NCBI RefSeq assembly: GCF_025526975.1
Contig: NW_026515689.1
Location: 186,001 to 250,000, forward strand
DNA from: Fimicolochytrium jonesii
Taxonomy: Eukaryota
DNA: 64,000 nucleotides
Reading direction: 5' to 3'
Both the position numbers and the translations under genes were made by a program. Shown here piece by piece: positions 26,794 through 38,876 of this stretch (its first letter is position 1; every line of letters starts with the position of its first letter). The notes beneath the pieces are model-generated. The model was not told the DNA's origin. It searched no databases and worked only from the letters and a program-made list of their open reading frames with translations.

Positions 26794-28277
26794 CTATACC
26801 AATAGGATCGGCGCACCATCCGCCGCTTTCTTCCTTTTCGACGTGGACTTCGTCGCTGGGGCATTCGGCGCATTTGCTGCATCCGTTATCGACACTGCTT
26901 CTGCATCGACAAGTTTGTCTGACTTTCGCGCCTTCTTTTTCCCCTTGGGCGCTGGGGATCCCGCGTCCGCAGATTGAGGTTCCGATGCCGATATCCCCCC
27001 CTTCTTGAGCTTTTGCGATGCCTTCTTGCGAGAGGGTCTCTCTTTCAAAGCCCCAACAACGCCCCCGCCTCCCTCCTTGCTCGCATCCGCCTCCGGATCA
27101 AAATCCACCCGTTCCCCCATATAAGTAGCAAACCTCGGCACCCCACCCTGCGTCAACCCCATGTATCGGAACGTCACGATAGTCCCCTTCTCCGGCGGAT
27201 TCTCCCTGACATGATCGTCCAACCCACTGCCGAGAACCACGAGCCTCCCGTCCCTCATCAAACACACCAACGCCCCGACTCTGCCTGCATGCTTCCCTTT
27301 GCCCGCTGTGTAATCTAGCACCATGCATTCGTCGTCCATGAAGGTTTTGACTTTGAGGAGCGTTTTGGATCGTTTGCCTTCGTAGACGCTTTCCGCTTGT
27401 CGGAGCATGAGGCCTTCGCCGCTATTCTTTTCGACTTTTTTTAATTCGGACATCAGATGTTCTCGCGACGTGCATAATCGTTGCGGGACGAGACGTAGCG
27501 TCTTCTGATCCGGTGGGAGTTCCGCCATGAAATCTTGCAGAATGGCCATGCGCTTCTCGAAAGGTTCAGACGCATGGCTGGGCGTGTCGAAGATCTGGTA
27601 CGTCAGCGCTCGCCAGGAATCGTCGGAAACGGGCTTGATGGTCCGTCGGGCGATGTTGTCCAGCTCGGTTTTGACGATACCGGATGTGGTTTGGAAGCTA
27701 CCGTGGCCGCCCCAGAGTTCGCCATCGAGGGTCATGTTTAATGGAAGGTCTTTTTGAAAAGGAGAGGGTGGGGTCAGTGGTTGGGGTGGGTGGTGAGGTG
27801 GAAGGGAGGTGTCGCACCTTTGGTGAACCAGGCCGGCGCCTGGAAACGGTTTCCTAGCCGCGATACGAACGTTCGCTGGCTATGATCCCACAGCGCTCTT
27901 ACTCCATCAAACTTTTCGGACATGTAATAGCCTGTGGGGTCTGCTTGAGAGAAAACACAATGGAAAGTCAATCATGGTCAGAAGGTGCCCTCGACAACAA
28001 GACGTTAGTCCTTGTGCCTTCCAACTCTCCCCCTATACATATACACGAACCCACCTACTTTATCCGTCCACGTATGCGCCAGCAGAACCGCAGGTTTCTC
28101 TTTGGGCATGCCTGCATCGTCATCTAGCGGTGATTGCTTGGCGGCTAGTGACGCAGCGGAGCGGAATAGGAGTTCGGACAGCGAATTGATATTCTTCGTC
28201 CGAGGTATGTGTGAGTGGCGGAGGCATAGCATTACTGAGGTCGTGAAGCAACGAACGAGAGAGATGGGTCTGCGCAT
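26794..28277 (-). CDS. Minimal ATP-dependent DNA ligase (NTase plus OB domain; bacterial LigE/viral-like family)
   Basis: Spliced 'LLAHTWTDKVDPTGYYMSEKFDGVRALWD' (motif I KxDG), 'LDGELW', 'GEGLMLR', 'LLKVK' and OB domain 'GSGLDD..RENPP..GTIVTFRY'. Two introns and a Lys-rich C-terminal tail. Confidence 0.9.
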
Positions 28278-28524
28278 ACCCTCACCCTTATCTCTGGTAA
28301 TTTGAGCTCGCAGTTTCCAATGCTGCAGTGCCTGCCAGAGTGCCTGCTGTGCACTTCTTCCCACCGTCAAACGCGTCGAGGGTTTCCTCTGCTCTTCCTC
28401 ATCCCTTTTTTCCCCCCCATTTCCCGGCGACCCAGACAAGTCAAGGCATCGCTGCCAGCTACCCGACGAGGACGCCCGAGCAAACCTCCGACTACAATAT
28501 CCGCCGACTGCCAACCTCCACACC

Positions 28525-29076
28525 ATGCCCAACAAACCACCCCCACACAAACAACCCACCCCACCACGCCTCCCCAAATCCGGCTCCCTCCCATCCCTCC
28601 GCACCCATCGCCAACCCACACCCTACTCCTCCTCTCTCACAACCCTCGCCTCACCCTCCTCCTCTACCACACCACTCTCCTCCCTCCCCGCCCTCCCCAC
28701 AATCCAGACCTCCCTCTCCGCCGCCCCGCACCGCCGCACCCGCCGCCCCTCCCTCGTCTACATCCTCCCACCTTCGCCGCGCCGCCGGTCTGCTCCGCCG
28801 CTGTTTTTGGTTGATGGGAGGGGCCTGGGGGGCAGGGGTAAGGGGTGGATGTTGTTGGGGGTGACGGCGTGCTGGTTTGTAGGGGGGATGTGGGCTCTGG
28901 TGTGGCCGGGGGTTGGGAATGGAGGGGATGGGAAGGAGGGTGTGAGGATGGAGATACCGGTACCGATGAGCACGAAGATGTATTATGCGATGCTGGTGCC
29001 GCTGTTGCCGCCCGTGACGATCTTTTTTGTGTTTTTCAATTGGTTGGGGTTGAAGTTCTTCAGGCATAATGCTTGA
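28525..29076 (+). CDS. PIG-Y-domain protein (GPI-GlcNAc transferase subunit Y-like)
   Basis: Two hydrophobic segments 'GWMLLGVTACWFVGGMWALV' and 'YYAMLVPLLPPVTIFFVFFNWLGLKFFRHN', typical of the fungal PIG-Y family. Pro/Ser-rich N-terminus; start uncertain. Confidence 0.75.
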   Translation: MPNKPPPHKQPTPPRLPKSGSLPSLRTHRQPTPYSSSLTTLASPSSSTTPLSSLPALPTIQTSLSAAPHRRTRRPSLVYILPPSPRRRSAPPLFLVDGRGLGGRGKGWMLLGVTACWFVGGMWALVWPGVGNGGDGKEGVRMEIPVPMSTKMYYAMLVPLLPPVTIFFVFFNWLGLKFFRHNA

Positions 29077-29754
29077 TGATAGGGGGGAAAGCAAAGCCGG
29101 TGCAATTTTGGGATGCAATGTTATGGTTTTTGGATGAGAGATCATAACCAACACATGTATACAGTTAGAACTATTAGAGGGTATAGGGGATCGCAGTATT
29201 TGCGTGATGAAAGCTGTACAAATGCCAAACTTCAGGGCTAGGAGTCTGCGGGGGATGTTCGTGGGCCGTGCGATATTTTGGAACGAGGATTCTTCACGCT
29301 GGGGTGAAGATGCGCTCGACTTGAACTGCGGGTGTGAAATACAGGAAAATCGAATCCGTTGTGAGGGTGCGCAGAGGAATGCCAGGAGTCATCCATCGTC
29401 AATTCAGCACCTGACATCCGCTCGCTCAGAAGCAGTGGCCGAGATGCCTTCCCCAGCTCCTCAATCATGCGTCATGAAACCGTACCGACCGCACCGAATC
29501 TTGAGGTTTAGCGAAACGTCATGTCCTCTTCCTGCCCCCACTTAAAGACGCAGCCGATGGCGCATTGTGGTACTGTTAAAGCTAAGCAGCAGGTGTCGAG
29601 CGCATGGGATGGAAGGCATGGTATTCCAGGTTTGGGCGCATGTGCTACCTAAATGTGTGTGTTGAGCCCTTTTGCTGCCTCAAGCATCCATCGGAGTTGG
29701 ATACAGATGCGTCGGCGTCGAGGAGCATGAGACATATCGGGGCACGGGACGACA

Positions 29755-31473
29755 TCATACCGCGACCACCGTTTCCTTTGCCCCTTCCTTTTCCGGCTTC
29801 GTCTCCTCCACTGGCGCCGTCGATCTCCTCTTCCGCAGCCTATCTCGTTCTGTAACGTACTTCCGCTTGCGTACTTTCCCCGCCAATAGGTCATACCGAA
29901 GTTCACATTCGTGCGGGTTTCTCTTCGGAAACGCCTTCCTCAACTTTTCATAGCCCACTCCTTCGTTCTGAACAAGATCCAGCAACCGCTTATCAGCCTC
30001 CGTCGTCCACGGATTCGGGTTCTCGATGTTATGGGCCAGGAACTGCCTTATCCGAAGACGAACCGCTTCTGTGGCTCTGTGCGGGAAGTACTGGCGATGG
30101 ATGAGGCGTGATTTGTCGCCGTACTCTCTCATAGCGGCCTTCAAGGTTCGTTCCTCGGCCCTACTCCATTTGCCTTTCCTTAGCTCCGGGTTGTGAAGGG
30201 CCCACTGCTCCGCGAGCTGCTTGGGTGTGCGGTCCACCATCGTTTCGGCGATCTTGACCCATTTTTTGCCTGTTGCCGAGTACTTCTTGACCCCGCTCTG
30301 GACCAGTTGCATCTCTTCCTTCGTGAGCGAGCCGGGCTTGCCAAAATTTTTGTTGAGACGGTGGTAGAAATGGTACGAAATTTGCCATTTGGTCCGACCG
30401 GGGAACTCGCTCGTGAAGAGGGACCACTGCGGGCCCATTTGGTCATGGTAGGAGATGAGTTTCTGGTCCTCTTCAGGTGTCCATTCCGATTTGGGCACCT
30501 TTCGGAGCCATGTCCGCTTCTCATTCCGTAACTCTTGCGCGATTTCCCCAGCGATCTTTCTGAACGCCATGTTGCGGAACACTTCGGTCGATACGGCGCG
30601 GGGGTCCGTCTTTCCCAGCTGCTCCAGCCGTTCTACCAGCTCGGCCCTCCACCGCCGCGCGAACCGACCCGAGACCGAGCCGATGAATCTGTTCAAGCGC
30701 CTAGCCGCCCGCGCGAACGGGCTGTCCAGTTTTTTGGCCAACTCTTCAAGCAAAACCTGGTCTTCGCGGGGCGACCAGTACCCGGTCACAAGCCCCGGCA
30801 CGATCTGGGTGTATCGTTGGTTTAGATCTGACCTTTTTCGGCCGGGAAAGTGTATGGCTATGGCTTGCCAGTCAATGGTTCTCCTTTTCTTGTCTTCCTC
30901 TTTTTCTTTCATAAGTTCCTGCTGCGCTGCTACGAGCTTGAGCAGCTTTTTGTCTTGTTCCAGTGTAAAGTTGGATCTGGGACGACGTCCAAATCTATCG
31001 GCGACTGAGTCCGGTGTTGTTGCGGAGAAAGGGTTTTCGACTGCATGGTGCTGGTTGGCGGTTTGTCGTTCGCGCAACAGTGGGCTTTCGACTGCGTCGG
31101 GCAGGATGGGGGTTTGTTGTTCGCGCGATAGTTCTTTTTCGACTGCATCGGGTTGAGACGTGGTTTGTTGTTCGCGCACCAGTGGAATGTCGCCTGCATC
31201 GGTCTGGGTGGGGTTTTGTTGTTCAAGCAACGGGAAAGTGGTGCATATCGTCCGAATGACAGCTATGTGTGAGAGAAAGGTTAGTTTGGCTGTTTTTCAA
31301 CAGAAACCCAAATGTTTCCTGGCAACGGCCTTACTCTATGAAGTCTCCAACCCATACGCTACTTGCAGCAACGGAGACTTACCACAAGGGCGAGGTGCAA
31401 AGAACGCCGAACATGGTGAACGCCGCGGTAGCTGAACCCCAGCCCAGAGCACTCTTGAGTTCCGCAATACCAT
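29755..31473 (-). CDS. Six-repeat Myb/SANT-domain protein with a presequence-like N-terminus
   Basis: Repeats begin FTLEQD, WSPRED, WTPEED, LTKEEM, WSRAEE and WTTEAD. Exon 1 (31473-31383) joins across intron 31382-31263 (GTAAGT...ACTAAC...CATAG) in frame with ORF 29755-31230. Confidence 0.85.
31021..31224 (-). repeat. Four-copy 51-bp coding tandem repeat (17 aa) in the Myb protein N-terminal region
   Basis: Plus-strand 'tttcgactgc' recurs at about 31035, 31086 and 31137, with a variant at 31188. Protein EQQNPTQTDAGDIPLVR / EQQTTSQPDAVEKELSR / EQQTPILPDAVESPLLR / ERQTANQHHAVENPFSA. Confidence 0.85.
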
Positions 31474-32154
31474 GCCACCTATTCCCACGGAGGTGTCCGG
31501 AGTGACTGCGAGAGGAGGACGTTGTTATGAATATATATAGAGGAGGGTCTGTCTGGGAAGCAACAGGATGCCGTTTTGGAAAGTCGCAAAAGTCACCAAT
31601 GCAGTTCGGACGCGGAAGTCAGGATTCTTACGCAACGCCCCTGTTGAATGTGTTGAACTTGTTGAATGTTTGGCCCTGATAGCGGCCGCCCTTCCACACT
31701 CCCTTGCCACACGGCGTCCTCCACAAAACACACACAGCGCTCAGTCAACCTGAGCATACAAGGTCGCTCGCCACTCGTCCACTCTCGCTCGCCACTACTC
31801 GGGAAACAACACACGTATAGAGGTGAGTAAGAGGGCCGGCAGCTTTGCTGGCAGCGTTGGGTAGCAACACTCCGCCCGTGAAGATTGCTTTTTCGCGTTT
31901 GGGGGAACAAGTGGAGAAGCATCAGGCACACGAGCGGAAGGGTCGGTCGGGATACACTATAGGTGGCAAAAGTCACAGACTGTTAGGATTGCACGTATAT
32001 CAGTAGCGACTGGAAGGGGAAGGGGAGACCCGGCTTTCACCTCGCCCTGAATCTCCGCTAGCCACCCATCAACTTCTCAAGTTCCTACGCTCGCAATCAC
32101 TCACATCCAGCCACTATTCCCACAGCCATACCACAATCCCAAGGACCGCGTTGA

Positions 32155-32599
<445 letters not shown>

Positions 32600-33001
32600 T
32601 ACATCCCTGAGACATCCCGATGTTCCGACGGAAGACACTGAAAGAATTCGATTTGCGAAAACAGAATCAGTTGTACTATAAAATAATTTATGTTTCCTCT
32701 TTTCTCTTGGCTGCTGGTGTATCGTTTCGTGTTGTGGAAATCACTTAGCGAGTGGATCTGGAGGACTCCGGGATTTCTCCCGGTGCTGGGCTATGTTTGA
32801 ATCCCTCCCGCCTGTGAAGCTTCATTCCAACCACACCAGCTTCGTCTCAATCCAATGATGTACATGATTAAAAAGAGTAAATGAACATGACAAAATAAAA
32901 ACAAGTAAGGAACAAAGATGAATGCGCACATCTAATCGTGAGAACGGGATATCGCAAGGAGTCGAGGGAAGAGGGGTATCAAAAGCGTGGAACCAAAGAT
33001 G

Positions 33002-36000
33002 CTACCTAAACCCAGCAGCAACCCCCGCCGGCGCAGCCGCAGTCCCATTCCCGCTAACAACATTCGCCGCCTCCATCCGCATATCATCCGCAACCAACTT
33101 CCACACCTTCCCCTTATCCTTCCACCGCATCCGTTTCGCGTCCCGTTTCGCCACTCGGGCAAGTGCGAGCAGATCACCCGCCGGTGGTGCGGGTGGTGGT
33201 GCATGTCCCGCAGACAAGGCAGGCACGCTCCGCCGCCTCAGTTTCCACAACACGGGGCTAGAGGCCTTGAGCAGGGACGCAATCCCGGGGAAGATGTAGT
33301 GTTCCCCGGCCCAGGAGAGGGCCCAGTCGAGCATGGCCACGGTGAAGATGGTCATGCGGGCGGGGAAAGGGATGGGAATGAGGTCGAGGATTTTGGCGAT
33401 CGGGGCGGGTGGGGAGAGGGTGATGAAGGTGGCGAAGGAGAAGAGGGTTATGACCGTTGTTAGGAAGGGGACTGATGGGATGGGAGAGGAAGATATGATT
33501 CAGTTTACGGCGGAAAATAATAAGAATAACAAACCAAATACCCAACTATCCCGAAACTCACCATTCTTCCACATACTAGCCCGATAAGGCGGCCCGACAC
33601 AAAACGCGACCGCGACCGCAATATACTGAAAACAACTCAACAAGAACACCGTCGTATTCTCATAACTCTGATACTGGCGGTCATCCACATCCCCCTTCGG
33701 CTTCTCATAAAAAGGCTGTCGTCGGATCCACATAAACATCGCCAGTTGGAACCCGGCTTGGATGACGACCTGGCAAATCAGCGACGTGAGGACTTTGCGC
33801 GACACGAGGCTGGCGGTGGGGCGTTTGCGGAAGATCCGCGGGTGGGCGCCCGAGCGGCCCATGAAGACCGCGATGGGGATGATGAGGGCTAGGTCGATGA
33901 AGAGGAACTGGAAGTCGCCGAGGTTGCCCGCGAGTGAGTAGAGGAGGGAGACTGAGGTGAATTGGATAAGCGAGTAGAGGGCCATGTACTTGAAGCAGCT
34001 GAAGGAGGTGACCAGGGCCGCGCGGCCTTCGCGGATCACCCGGAGGACGCAGTCGAGGTCGGTTGAGCGCGAAGTGAAGGGCGCTGCGACGGAGGCTTCG
34101 GCTTCGGAGAGGGAGAGCCCGACGTCGGCGGCTTTGAGGGCTCCGCAGTCGTTGGCGCCGTCGCCACAGAAACCGACGCAGTAGCCTAGTTCTTGGAAGT
34201 TCTCGACTAGGAAGTGCTTTTGGTCGGGGGACATTCGCGCGTAAATCTGACCCTTGACGAGCATCTACAACGAGGCGGCTCGTCAGTTTTACAAGTCAAG
34301 TTGTGAAGACCGTAGTGCACATACCCTGTTGAAACTGTCATCCGAGCCACACTCCAACATCCACTGGAACACGTCTCCCGTAACAGCGAGATTGTACTCT
34401 CCAACCTTCGCAGCCACAGAATTGATATCCACTCTGAACTCATCAGTCTCGCTCCGGTTGGAACTACGGTCATCCACGTCGTTGTACGGCACGACGAGGG
34501 AGTCGTTGTTGGCTTGCCCCGGCTCCGACGGGGGTCGCGTTAGGCGTGTCGGTGGTAAGACAGGCTGGTAGACGGGCAGAAAGAATTATCATCAGTGCTT
34601 GTAAGAAGTTGACATTGACTCCATACCCATTTAACAGTAAACTTGTAAGGTCCCTTACCAAAAGCGTCTCAGGGTCAAGTGTAGCACCACTCCCATCAAC
34701 ATCTTCCCACACCAGCTTCGCATCCTCAGACGACGGTGGTATGCCAGGTAAAAAATGGGGCACAAATGTCTTTTCCGAAGGGTCCACTAGCCCACACTCT
34801 CGCGACACCGAGATGGCCGTCAGAACATTGTCACCTTTTCGAGCAAGCCACAGAGTTAACACTACTCCTTCACCATTCATCAGGTATCTCCAGACATCAT
34901 ACCTGTGCACATGACCTCCCTAATCCTCGCCCTCCTCAATGCATTCACAACCGGCGCAGTCCCCGGCTTAAGCTTATTCTCAAACACAATAAACCCAAGG
35001 AACTGCAATTCACACTCCACAAGCTCGCGTTTCATCCGCAACACTTTCGCATTTGTCAGTCCATCGATGCGGCGCCACGCACAGGCAATCACGCGATAGC
35101 CGTGGTGCGCGTAATCGTTCAGTTGCTGGTCATAATCGCCCGGTAGGGATTCGGGGGTGCAGATGGAGCGCATGATTTCGGGTGCGCCCTTGACAAAAAC
35201 CTCGAATTCCTTGTCGGCGGTCGGGCTGTGGGCCGTGCTACGGCCGTTGGCGGTAGCGGTGGGCGCTTCATCGTAGCGGAGACGGCGGACAATGACGGAC
35301 ATGCGGCGGAGGGTGGACACGAACTCGAAAGATTTGATGACTTCGAGTTCCGTGTAGGTCTTTTTTGTGGGTTTGTGCGATCCCGTGCCGTTGACGTCCC
35401 ATTCGGCGCGTTGGAATTCGACCGAGTCCGGCGGACGGACGATCACCCCGCCTTTTTGTTTGGCGGAGAGCGGCCGGCCACTGTTCAGTACTTCGACATT
35501 GCCGCCCTCGTCTATGTTCCAGCCCGTAAACTCAAACATTTTCAGGTCCATCGGGTCTCCAATCAGTTCGTCGTTCACTACCTTGATGGAGTGGCAGGTG
35601 GCCATGACGCAGACAATCAGTGGGTATGGGAAGTCCGGCTCGGAGCCGTTGGGATGGCCCGACGTCACACCCAGAGCGACGGACATGCCCGACATCGATC
35701 GGTCGAGGAGATCTGGCCGACTGCGTGTGAACGTGTCGTACGATGTCTCCACTTTGCGTCCGTGAAGGGCACCAGAGGGTATCACGTCAACTACGGCGCG
35801 GTACAGGGTTGAGAACCGCAGCGGGACTTTGACGGCAGCGTCTCCCCCCGTCGTGTTGGGGACAGTGAAACGGAAACCGAGGACATCGAGTCCTTCCTCC
35901 GTTAGAGTGCCAGTCTTGTCGAACGCGATAAGGTCTAGTTTCCCGCACATATTGACGCGCGGTGGGCTAGTGCAGTAAATATCGCCCTTCCGGAGGCGAC

Positions 36001-37915
36001 CGATGGCGAAACTGGTTCCAATAGCCATGGTAGCTGGCAATGCCGGCGGCACAACGATGGTAATCAGATCCAACGCACGAATGATGATCATGGCGGGGGC
36101 GACGTGGAGCAGGATGAAATTGTAGAACGAGCCGAGGAATCCGAACCCAGCGATCAGTCCCATGACGCCGATGAACCGGAAGGAATCTCGATAGAACTTG
36201 AACGTGTTGGGTTTGGGAAACATCATGGATCGGACGAGACTGCCTTTGGTGGTGTTGAACCCGGTGCGGACAGCAAGCGCGAGCGCGCCTGGCTCGGCTT
36301 GTGTCGCCGTACGTTGGAGGTTCTGGTCACTACCATTGGGTGTGGTAGTTCCCGACCGATTGTTGCCCGCGCGGACACGGATGATCTTTGTTCCCGCAAA
36401 GACGAAGAACCGAGACATTCGGCTGCTGCTCGCTGGATCTTCTTCCCAGATGTCCATCGTGCGCAGTTCCGAGTCCTTGATAGGGGTCTTTGAGACTGGA
36501 ACGCTTTCGCCCGTCAACATACTTTCGTTGACGATGCAGTCTCCCTGAAGTAAGACGCCGTCGCACGGGAAGACCGGCAGCATGCCGGGTGTAACTTCGT
36601 ATATGTCACCAGGCACGATATCGTCTGACTTCATGACGCGCCATTGGCCAGCACGGAACACTTTGACGTCGCAACTAAATCGCGACAGTTCGCGCAATCG
36701 CCGCATCGTTTCCCTCGTCTCGATCAAGGTCGCGATAGCAGACGTGGTGGATATCAAAGCGATACACGCCGCGTAATAGTAGTAATCATCCAAGCACCAC
36801 AGGATGATACTGGCGACTTGAAACACGTAGAAGGGGTTGAGCACTTCGTCCATGAGCAGACGGAAGACCGGCTTCTCGGCGATAACGACGGCATTATCCC
36901 CAAACACCTGGTGCCGTTGTGAGGCAGTAGGAACGTCTATGCCTCGGAGAGTCTTCTCCACTGATGTCCACCTGTGATCTCTCCAGTAAGAGTTTTGCGC
37001 AAATTGTCCAAGAATGGGGTTATAAATAAAGCGCATGTATCGGTAGTGGAACGAGATCAGTTGATGAAGAGGGCTAGCGCGCAAATCAACGTCGTTCGTG
37101 AGAGTGGTGGCTTGGCCCTCCCTGGAAACAGGCCCTTGTTGGAACACATCGGCGATCGAGCCATCGAAGTCCACGCATGCAACGGGGAGAACTTCCATCT
37201 GGTTCCATTGGTTTGTCACGGCGACGTGACTAGCCTCCACAAGTGGGCACTTGCGCATGGTGAAGGCCAGCTCCCATTTCGGTATCCAGCGACACAGCAG
37301 CCACAGTATTCCGGCAGTGAAGAAGCACAGCACTTTGTAAAGAATCCTTCCATAGCCAGAGACGCGATAGCCTTTGATGAAGATCCGAACATCCTCATCC
37401 ACTTCGTATTCCTGCTCACAGAGATGGGCAGCCGCGCCATCATTGACCTCTGATCCAGACAAGATCGCGTATCCATTTCCGGCGGCCTGGCCTCGCGAAG
37501 GGGTATCCGCTCGAGCGGTGCGACTGGCCATGGCGGCTGCTCGCTGTGGTAGACGTGCGGCCGCTTTTCCTTTGAGCATCTGCACTTTCGACTTTTGCTG
37601 CCGAACCAAATCCTCCTCGTCGTCATCGTCGTCGTCGCCTTCTCCATCATCTTCTACGTCCTCGGCAATGATAGGTGGGATATCGATAGGCGCTTCGTCG
37701 TCTTTGCCGTTTTCGTGACCTACACCATTCTCTTCAACACCAAGGGCGGCATCCAAGGTTGATTGGGGTGCGAAGCTGCCATACAGCAAGGTGTCAGGGT
37801 CCGGAGGAAACTCGTTTGAACGCGACGGAGTTATAGCCAGGTCCTCGAGGTACTCTAGTCGTTCCCCGTAGGACTCTGACCGAGACGACCGCCTGACTTG
37901 CGGAACCGGGCCCAT
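33002..37915 (-). CDS. YPK9: P5B-type ATPase (Ypk9/ATP13A2 family)
   Basis: 'ESMLTGES', P5B 'VPPALP', phosphorylation site 'FDKTGTLT', 'KGAPE', '[16 protein letters not shown]' and 'CFKYMALYS'. Several 3' introns; an extra 5' exon is possible. Confidence 0.93.
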
Positions 37916-38876
37916 TCGAAGGGCCTCTGTCGGACTGACTGCCGTTGTGATGGAACTGGGATGTTACAAGAGTTGGAGGTCCTTGCAAACTCACGCACAG
38001 TACCAATGCACGAAATAGAAGGTGTGCGGTACTTGAAGCTGATACTCGTCCTATAATGAGCGATAGTTGTAGGTATGGGTCAGTGTCAGTCGAAAATTCA
38101 CAATCGAGGATCTAGACAAGAAAAAAGCGACCCCCGGGCTGCTCATCCACCCGGTCCACCAAGGAGGTCTCTGCGCGTCACACACAAGTCTAAACTCACG
38201 GCCATACCTGAATAAAAGACAAAAGGCCTAGGAAATGGGCGGCCCAGTTGTCGACGAGGATAGTTGAGCAAGTGTAAGTGTGTAGTCACCGCATTTGTGT
38301 ATGCGACGAGGATGATCCAAGGGACTTGGAGAGTGAAAAAACACAGGTTTCGAGAAGCCGAAAACTTCGGGAAAGCGCTTCTTCAGATTCCTCTCCTGAG
38401 TCTCCTCAGCGTGTGCACTGTGCATGATAACGGATGACTCACTATGACTATATACACGGACCCGCTGCGCATGACATCGACAGGTGGAACCAATCGACTG
38501 ACAGTTTCTGCGTTGAAGATCAATCGAGATGGACGCAATACCCTCAGTGTATACAGTACGCTCGCTCGGTCTTCAGCGACCTTGCAATGCTAAATACGGC
38601 AACTCTTTCTAGCCTTGCGTCGCAAGGGATTTTAGCATCTGAGCCCGCCCGTCCGTGTGACTCCAGATATGAGGTTGCTCAAGACGAGTTGAAGCGGCGC
38701 TGGTGAGGCAGCGAAAAGACAGGCCCAAATCCCCATGCATCCGGCGAAATGTTCGAGATAAGTGACATTGGATCGCTCGACTATACTACCAATCATATTT
38801 TCAAAACATCACTACGCTTTTCTCATCACAGCCCGCTATAGCGCCTGGTAGCCTTGCGTGTCCCCGATCGGATTGT

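Noticed and set aside
31021..31224. Regularly spaced repeat resembling a CRISPR array
   Set aside because: It is an in-frame 51-bp coding repeat in a eukaryotic gene, with no unique spacers or cas genes.
32745..32815. tRNA-like signals (TAGCGAGTGG, GTTTGAATCC) and a CCGGGA-TTTC-TCCCGG hairpin
   Set aside because: No acceptor stem or cloverleaf could be built, and a 6-bp hairpin is expected by chance.
38434..38706. 90-aa ORF between the P5 ATPase and the SR gene
   Set aside because: No domain signal; it falls in a likely 3' UTR or promoter region.
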